A stretch of 54,143 bases of DNA, filler included, from Squatina squatina (taxonomy: Eukaryota): NCBI GenBank assembly GCA_031763465.1. It is 3 parts of 3 records of this genome, joined end to end, with 100 filler letters (N's around TTAATTAATTAA, not from the genome) between each part and the next. Parts side by side here need not be neighbours in the genome. Positions count along the whole stretch, not along the records: positions 41,746 to 54,143 come from JARFOE010000233.1; 2 more parts are not named here. The stretch is one strand, 5' to 3'. Position 1 is the stretch's first letter. The number at the start of each line of letters is the position of its first letter. The notes under the pieces are model-generated. The model searched no databases and had not been told where the DNA came from. It saw only the letters and a program-made list of their open reading frames with translations. The translations under genes and the position numbers were made by a program. This document shows, one piece after another, positions 48,010-54,143 of the stretch.

Positions 48010-48345
48010 TATTTTCTTAATCTATTCCTGGAATGTGGGCCACATTTATCAGGCTACATCTACTGCCCATCTTTAGTTGCCCTAAGGTAGTGATGGTGGG
48101 TCCTTAGAGAACAGCGACAAGCCACCCACCTTGGTGTTGGACTGGAGTCACATGTAGGCCGGATTTCTTTCCCTAAAGGGCATTCGTGAAGCAGTTGGGT
48201 TTTTACAACAAGTTTCATGGCCACTTTTTCTGATACCAACTTTTTATTTCCAGATTCTCAAATTGCCGCGGTTGGATTGTTATCTAGATTAGTCCAGACC
48301 TCTGGATAGTCCAGTGGTAAAACCACGACACCGCCATACACCCAA
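48010..48345 (-). mobile_element. SINE (MetaSINE-like), reverse orientation
   Basis: CTGGAGTCACATGTAGGCC...TTCCCTAAAGGGCATTCGTGAAGCAGTTGGGTTTTTACAAC is the reverse of the core at 47340-47425. Confidence 0.65.
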
Positions 48346-48793
48346 ATGGGTTAACACACTTCTGGTGGCGAAACAAGCAGGTGCAGGAAGCCCTCACTTA
48401 TTTCAAGTGGAAACTTGCAAATGAAATGGAAATGATGCAGGAGGGAATAATACAACAACAACTTGCGTTTATATAGCGCCTTTATCATAGTAAAATGTTC
48501 CATAATCCCCTCCTTATCACTCTTCTGTTCCAACACTGGGCGTATGACAAATTGCAAGAACACCCATAAAAAGTAGATATTCTGCATTACTAGGCTGCGC
48601 CTTTGGATCTAAAAGTCCTTAAAGGGGCAACCAGCAATGTCAATTTTTAATTTAAATATTATTTTTTGCAGCCAGTTTCAAGCTTCCTTGTGTANNNNNN
48701 NNNNNNNNNNNNNNNNNNNNNNNNNNNNNNNNNNNNNNNNNNNNNNNNNNNNNNNNNNNNNNNNNNNNNNNNNNNNNNNNNNNNNNNNNNNNN

Positions 48794-49560
48794 NCATTAG
48801 TTTAAAGCGCCTGTCTACTGCCTTAGTTGTTCGATTTTCCAGGACACTGGTCCTAGCCCGGTTTAAGTGGAGCCGGTCCCAATCAAATAGCTCCCTCTTT
48901 CCACAGTACTGGTGCCAGTGCCCCAGGAAGCAAAACCTCTGCCTCCCACACCACTCTTCTAATCTGTTTATCCCGATGCCAATTGGTGCATGGCTCAGTT
49001 AACAATCCAGAGATCATTACCTTTGAGGTTCTGCTTTTTAATTTGAACCCTAACTCTTCAAACTCTCTCAGCAGAACATCTTTCTCAGTTCTACCTAGTT
49101 GGTTCCTTTGTGGACCACAGCATCTGGATCCTGTCNNNNNNNNNNNNNNNNNNNNNNNNNNNAACCTTTGGAACTCCCGGTCATGACTGCAGAGAACAGT
49201 ACCTATCCATCTGACTGTACTATCCCCTACCACAACTACATTCCCTTTCACTCCCCCAACTTGAATGGTCTCCTGCACCATGGTGCCGTGGTCAGCTTGC
49301 TCAACCAAATCATCCACACAGGCAGCAAGAACCTCATACTTGTTGGATAAGGACAAATGGCAAGGCTCCTCTAGCACTGCACCTGGGGTCCCCTTACCTC
49401 TCTGAGCTGCAGTCACACCATTCCTAACCTAAGGGGTGTGACTGCCTCCTGGATCAAAGTATCCAGGTAACTCTACTGCTCCTGATGCACTGCAATGTTT
49501 GCACCTCAGACTCCAGCTCAACAACTCTGAGCTGAAGTTCCTCAAGATGCAGGCACTTAC
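48794..49560 (-). mobile_element. CR1 LINE ORF1 / ORF1-ORF2 region
   Basis: LSLSNKYEVL...NVVVVGDSTVR...DVLLREFEELGFKLKSRTSKVMISGLL (SGNH esterase ORF1); same family as 16156-16925. Confidence 0.85.
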
Positions 49561-49921
49561 TGCAAACAGGGTTGACAATGCTTTCCACAAACTCCGACAT
49601 GCTGCAGNNNNNNNNNNNNNNNNNNNNNNNNNNNNNNNNNNNNNNNNNNNNNNNNNNNNNNNNNNNNNNNNNNNNNNNNNNNNNNNNNNNNNNNNNNNNN
49701 NNNNNNNAGAGTCACATTGCCAAGACAATTTAAAAGACAGGAAAATAAACATTTAATTTAGGCCCATTCTGTACACAAAGATATTGGTCTGAATCAAGGA
49801 ATGTCTATTGCACATCTGTAATGTAATGTAATGTAATAGTTTATTATTTGTTTCTTTTTTTTTGCATTTTATGACTACATTTTCAAATTTAGAAAAGCAA
49901 ACAACTTGCAGCAGTACTTAC

Positions 49922-50073
49922 TAGGAATAGGTCTAAGGACGTCTGGAATAAGGATTTCCACCAGAGCCTGGTACATTACATGATCGCAGGTACACATCCA
50001 CTTGAGGACGGAATCATTCTTGCAAAGAGCAATGAGCTTTGCCTTTGGGAGTCTACCTTCCATTTCATTCTCA
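49922..50073 (-). CDS. RFX3: RFX3 exon
   Basis: ENEMEGRLPKAKLIALCKNDSVLKWMCTCDHVMYQALVEILIPDVLRPIP(S); acceptor CCTGCAG, donor A|GTAAGT; 152 nt. Confidence 0.93.
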
Positions 50074-50517
50074 CTGCAGGAGTTCAGATATAGAATCAAA
50101 TCAATGCTCACTAAAACACCAGTGATAAGTGATGGATTTTCATCTTAAACTGCATGATGGATTGTTATACACATACTACAAAGGACTATCGGGCCCAATT
50201 TAACACATGGCAACATCAACAGTAACTGATTTGCAAACTGATTTAAAATTTGTGACAAGGTTTTCAGTTTGCATGGAGGTTCATGTTAGAGGCTGTTCAT
50301 TAGTCCCAGCATTTAACAAAAATACTTACAGTAATCATGTCAACATTGAGATGTTGGAGCCACAATTGCAATGCCAGTCCTCCAATTTTTATTTACAAAA
50401 TTAACTTTTTCAAATAAATATCTACACAAAAAAAGGGAAGAAGTCCAGAGACTTACTGTCATTTGGAAAGAAAAATTCAACTTAACTAAATTGCCCCCGT
50501 GTCACAGGATAGAACCA

Positions 50518-50629
50518 CCTGTGCCGTGTTTGCGGATCCCACATCGGACTTTTCAGCCACCTCGGAACCCACAAACCCGGAGTGGAAGCAAGTCATCCTC
50601 ACACCCGAGGGACTGCCTAAGAGAGAGAG
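50518..50629 (+). mobile_element. RTE-clade LINE 3' terminus
   Basis: RVCGSHIGLFSHLGTH (RTE C-terminal C2H2-like motif), then GTGGAAGCAAGTCATCCTC...GAGGGACTGCCTAAGAGAGAGAG tail. Confidence 0.75.
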
Positions 50630-52412
50630 CTGAGGCTGGGAATAATAGGTTGTAGACTTATTATGCCCACTGACTTGAGTGAAATATTGGGGGAAGCTGT
50701 GCCTGCACCTCTTGTCTGCATACTTCCTGATACTCTGACGACCTCTTCCTGCTTTCCTATCTGATTCCTGGTGCTTTGCTGCCCTCCAACTACCTGATTC
50801 ATGATGATGGCGCTCACTTATGGAAGAAAAATTGGGTGGATTCCTTCACAGGAGTGCTCTCTGACCTGCCCAATTTTCTGGTATTAGTTGTACCCAGGCG
50901 ATCCAGGAAAATTTCCCCTATATTTGTTTGCCATTGACATTTATGTGGACAAACATTTTGAATCCTTCAAATTGCTGACTTAGTTAAAGAAAAATACAGC
51001 TTTTAATTCCTTTTGCTTTAGGACATCTTCAAAGAAATTTGGAGCTATATTCTGGCTTTACAACAGCCTGACTGCAGCCAGTCAGAAGTCAGCAGAGATA
51101 AAGGACAAGCCAGAAGGCTCCATGGTAGCCAATAACCACATCAGCAAGTGACAGTATTTCAAGGGAAAGTTTTAGGTTAAGAACCAGTGCAGCAGAAGAA
51201 CATTTTTTGTTTCAATTCTAAGGAAAATATTGATGTTTGTATTTACTGTAGATTCACTGTTTGTAATAGTCAATAAATTTTGCCTACTGAAAATGGGGAG
51301 ATCACGTGGTGGCAAGTGATTCTATTCCAGTACACTGCACAGGGTTTTCTGTTCAACCCCTGTGTCTTTTGGGCAGACAAAGGCACATTTTGGTTCATAA
51401 AGGATTTAAGATCCACTAACGGGAGTGGCCAGTGATGCGGAACCCAAGAAATATCTATCTTAAGAAAGAAAAATGTTACACATAAATATATTAAATCAAG
51501 CCCATCGTGTCTAAATATTAAACTTGGTTGTATTTCACATTTTATTGTCAAAACAACAAACTAGTTGAAATACATTTTCTTTGCTCCCTGCAAGTGTCAC
51601 AGGCCCTGCACATTATAGGGAGGATGAGATAGCCCGCTTCAGTCGAATCCTATCAGGACTGAAAAGTCCAAGTTTTCCTTTCCACTATCTGCGATTACAA
51701 AAGAAATGATAAATACACAGATAATGATTGAGTATAATGCTTCATTGGATTAAACTGTATCCATCCCAGGTGCTGCTTGAGAAGGATTTGAATCTGGAAT
51801 TTTACTAATTGCGAAAAATATTTAAGTCGTGCCCTTAATTTGTGAAAACCTTTTAACAAGGCCTCAGAAAGTAATGATTGACAATTGTAGATATGCATTT
51901 CAGAATGAGTCTCAGTAATAGCTGAAAAAAACCCAGCAGTTTAACATAACATTCTGTATAATCAATTTATAATGTTAATTGACTTACTGTATGGACCACT
52001 GCAAGGTAACAGGTGAGGTGCTATAGATTTCCTGCATAGTAAATCCATAGGGCTAGAAATTGCGTAGCGCCCCATTTGGGGCGATAACTTTTCAGGGAGC
52101 GCTAAAGTATAACCGGGCGAAAAAGATTTTATACTGCCGGNNNNNNNNNNNNNNNNNNNNNNNNNNNNNNNNNNNNNNNNNNNNNNNNNNNNNNNNNNNN
52201 NNNNNNNNNNNNNNNNNNNNNNNNNNNNNNNNNNNNNNNNCTATATTAAAATGAGGACATATGGGCAATTTTGGGTGAACCTCGGACTTCCGGTTTTGGC
52301 GAGTGCTTGCAGCGCATCACCTATCTTAGGCCCTAAAGTGGGCCAAAACCCACTTTATGGGTTATGAAAGCCCAAGTTATGAAAGCCAAATAGATCCAAG
52401 TAGGAAACTTAC

Positions 52413-52528
52413 CTGGATTGACTGATAGTAGTCCCATCAGTTGAAGTCGATGGACTATAGTGCCAGAATGTTTGCCATAGCTTTTCAATGAGGCTAAACT
52501 GAAGATTCACTACTACATCCAGTATTGC
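52413..52528 (-). CDS. RFX3: RFX3 exon
   Basis: AILDVVVNLQFSLIEKLWQTFWHYSPSTSTDGTTISQS(S); acceptor TTTATAG, donor AG|GTAAGT; 116 nt. Confidence 0.95.
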
Positions 52529-53126
52529 CTATAAAGTAACAAAAACACACTGTAAGCAAAATATGTGATTCCACCAACAAATATAGTTTAAAGGATTCAA
52601 TATTCTTAGCAGCTAAAAAAAACAGGCTCTTCTTAGGTACCAAGGTACATGAGACCATCTAGGACTTTAAATGAGGTACTTTGGGTATTAGGGCCCTTTT
52701 ATTAGATCATAGATGCTAGAACGTAACCAACTTTACCTGAAATTCTTGCCTCCATTATTTTAGTGGAGGCTTAAAATGAAGATACTAGTTTTAATTATTT
52801 AATGTATAACATTTTAAGACCTGGTTACCTAAACTAAAAATCTGAAATGCAGAGTGGGTGTTCTCTTCAGAAACTTAATTCTCCATCTATCATATTGTAT
52901 TGGCCAGATTTGCACAGAACCCCACCCACAATTAGATGAAAAGAGGTGAAGAAGGAAATAAATAGATGTGTATCTATTTTGTTTTGTACTAGTAAAGTCT
53001 TAGCAAGGGTCATTGTAAAATTCTGTCAGTAAAACTCTGTCAGTAAAACAATTAATAATTTACTTTTAAACTGGTGTATATTCTGAATTTAAAATTAATT
53101 TAAATAACTGGCTCTTAATTCCATAC

Positions 53127-53245
53127 CTCACAGTGCTCTCTATAAAGAATCTGTAGTCTTCTGATATCCTCAAGAGTGATGCCATCCAACAAGGGACTGT
53201 CCCCTACCTCAAGTTCTACAAATTCAGGAAGAGCACGAGAGGCAT
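53127..53245 (-). CDS. RFX3: RFX3 exon
   Basis: (D)ASRALPEFVELEVGDSPLLDGITLEDIRRLQILYREHCE; acceptor ATGATAG, donor GAG|GTATGG; 119 nt; phase 0 joins the AILDVV exon. Confidence 0.92.
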
Positions 53246-53627
53246 CTATCATGAAAATAAATCAAAAACAAAATTTATTAACACTGCTCATCAGATGAGA
53301 CAAAACCTTTCTTGATTTACTGACACCAAAGGAGCTTTTGAAGTAATGACCAGTAAGCTGCCAAGAGTATAAGTAGTGTAGCAATGAAATTCAGAAATAA
53401 ACATCCTAAGTACTAATTCTGGTTTTCTGTTATTGAAACAGCTTGTGGACTATTCATACACATTCATTCACACAATGCTAATTTCTTGTAACTTTCTAGT
53501 TAAAATTGGATTCACAGTAATGTGTTGATATTATGCTGGATTAACTTTAGTTGGTTGGAACTGCATTTTTCCATTGATTATAAAAACACATCCATTAATT
53601 GCTATACAAGTCACGAAACACACATGA

Positions 53628-54112
53628 TCGGCCTCCTACACTGTTCCAATGAAGCTCAATGAAAGCTCGAGGAATAGCACCTCATCTTTCGCTTAGGCAC
53701 TTTACAGCCTTCCAGACTCAACATTGAGTTCAACAATTTCAGATCATAACCACTGCCCCCATTTTTTTGGACAGCAGCGGTTGTTAATGATTCTGCTGTT
53801 CTCATTTGCACCTCCTCTGGAACCATATTGTGTTTCTTCNNNNNNNNNNCCCCATTTTGCCTTGCACCATCAACCCTTTTGTCATTTAATCTCTCCTGCA
53901 TTCCACCCTATCACAGACTTTTCCCTTTTGTTCTTTCCTCCCCTCCCCACTTTCCCACCCTCTGTATTTTTTACAGTTCTGATGAAAGGTCATCGACCTA
54001 AAACGTTAACTTTGTTTCTCTTTCCATAGATGCTGCCTGACCGACTGAGTGTTTCCAGCATTTTCTGTTTTTATTTCAGATTTCCAGTATCCGCAGTATT
54101 TTACTTTTGTAT
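53628..54112 (+). mobile_element. Penelope-like element 3' end and terminal repeat
   Basis: GLLHCSNEAQ*KLEE*HLIFRLGTLQPSRLNIEFNNFR, pyrimidine-rich spacer, then GATGCTGCCTGACC..CTGAGTGTTTCCAGCATTTTCTGTTTTTATTTCAGATTTCCAG tail. Confidence 0.85.
53975..54011 (+). ncRNA. Minimal type-I hammerhead ribozyme motif (core mutated), Penelope-associated
   Basis: AGTT-CTGATGA-A-AGGTC ATC GACCT-(A)AAA-CGT-T-AACT: stem I AGTT/AACT, core CUGAUGA, stem II AGGTC/GACCT, palindromic ACGT stem III; the GAAA core reads AAAA. Confidence 0.65.
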
Positions 54113-54143
54113 TGATATTTTTCTACATTTGTTTCATCACAAT

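Noticed and set aside
49817-49837. (TGTAA)4 microsatellite
   Set aside because: Ordinary short intronic repeat
25553-53245. VSNL1-DGKH-RFX3 as a functional gene cluster
   Set aside because: The genes are separated by artificial TTAATTAATTAA linkers; adjacency is a concatenation artefact

Overview
Vertebrate genomic DNA, most likely an elasmobranch (shark/ray), judged from the repeat content (CR1, L2, RTE, Penelope, DeuSINE/SacSINE1-like SINEs, PIF/Harbinger) and the protein matches. It comes from a very fragmented draft assembly with many placeholder 100-N gaps. The window is not one locus: two artificial six-frame-stop linkers (N44-TTAATTAATTAA-N44 at 29141-29240 and 41646-41745) join three unrelated pieces. 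(1) 1-29140 is a TE-rich gene-poor region ending in a minus-strand RAD51AP2-like remnant with in-frame stops, head-to-head with the 5' part of VSNL1 (+; non-coding exon 1 and first coding exon). (2) 29241-41645 holds ten clear minus-strand exons of diacylglycerol kinase eta (DGKH). (3) 41746-54143 holds five minus-strand exons of RFX3, including the last exon and a probable long 3' UTR. The most notable points are an apparently disabled RAD51AP2, Penelope-borne minimal hammerhead ribozyme motifs, a decayed two-gene Harbinger system with palindromic MITEs, and a candidate poison exon in DGKH. I see no convincing wholly new biological system. Gene assignments rest on recalled human sequences, not on database searches.
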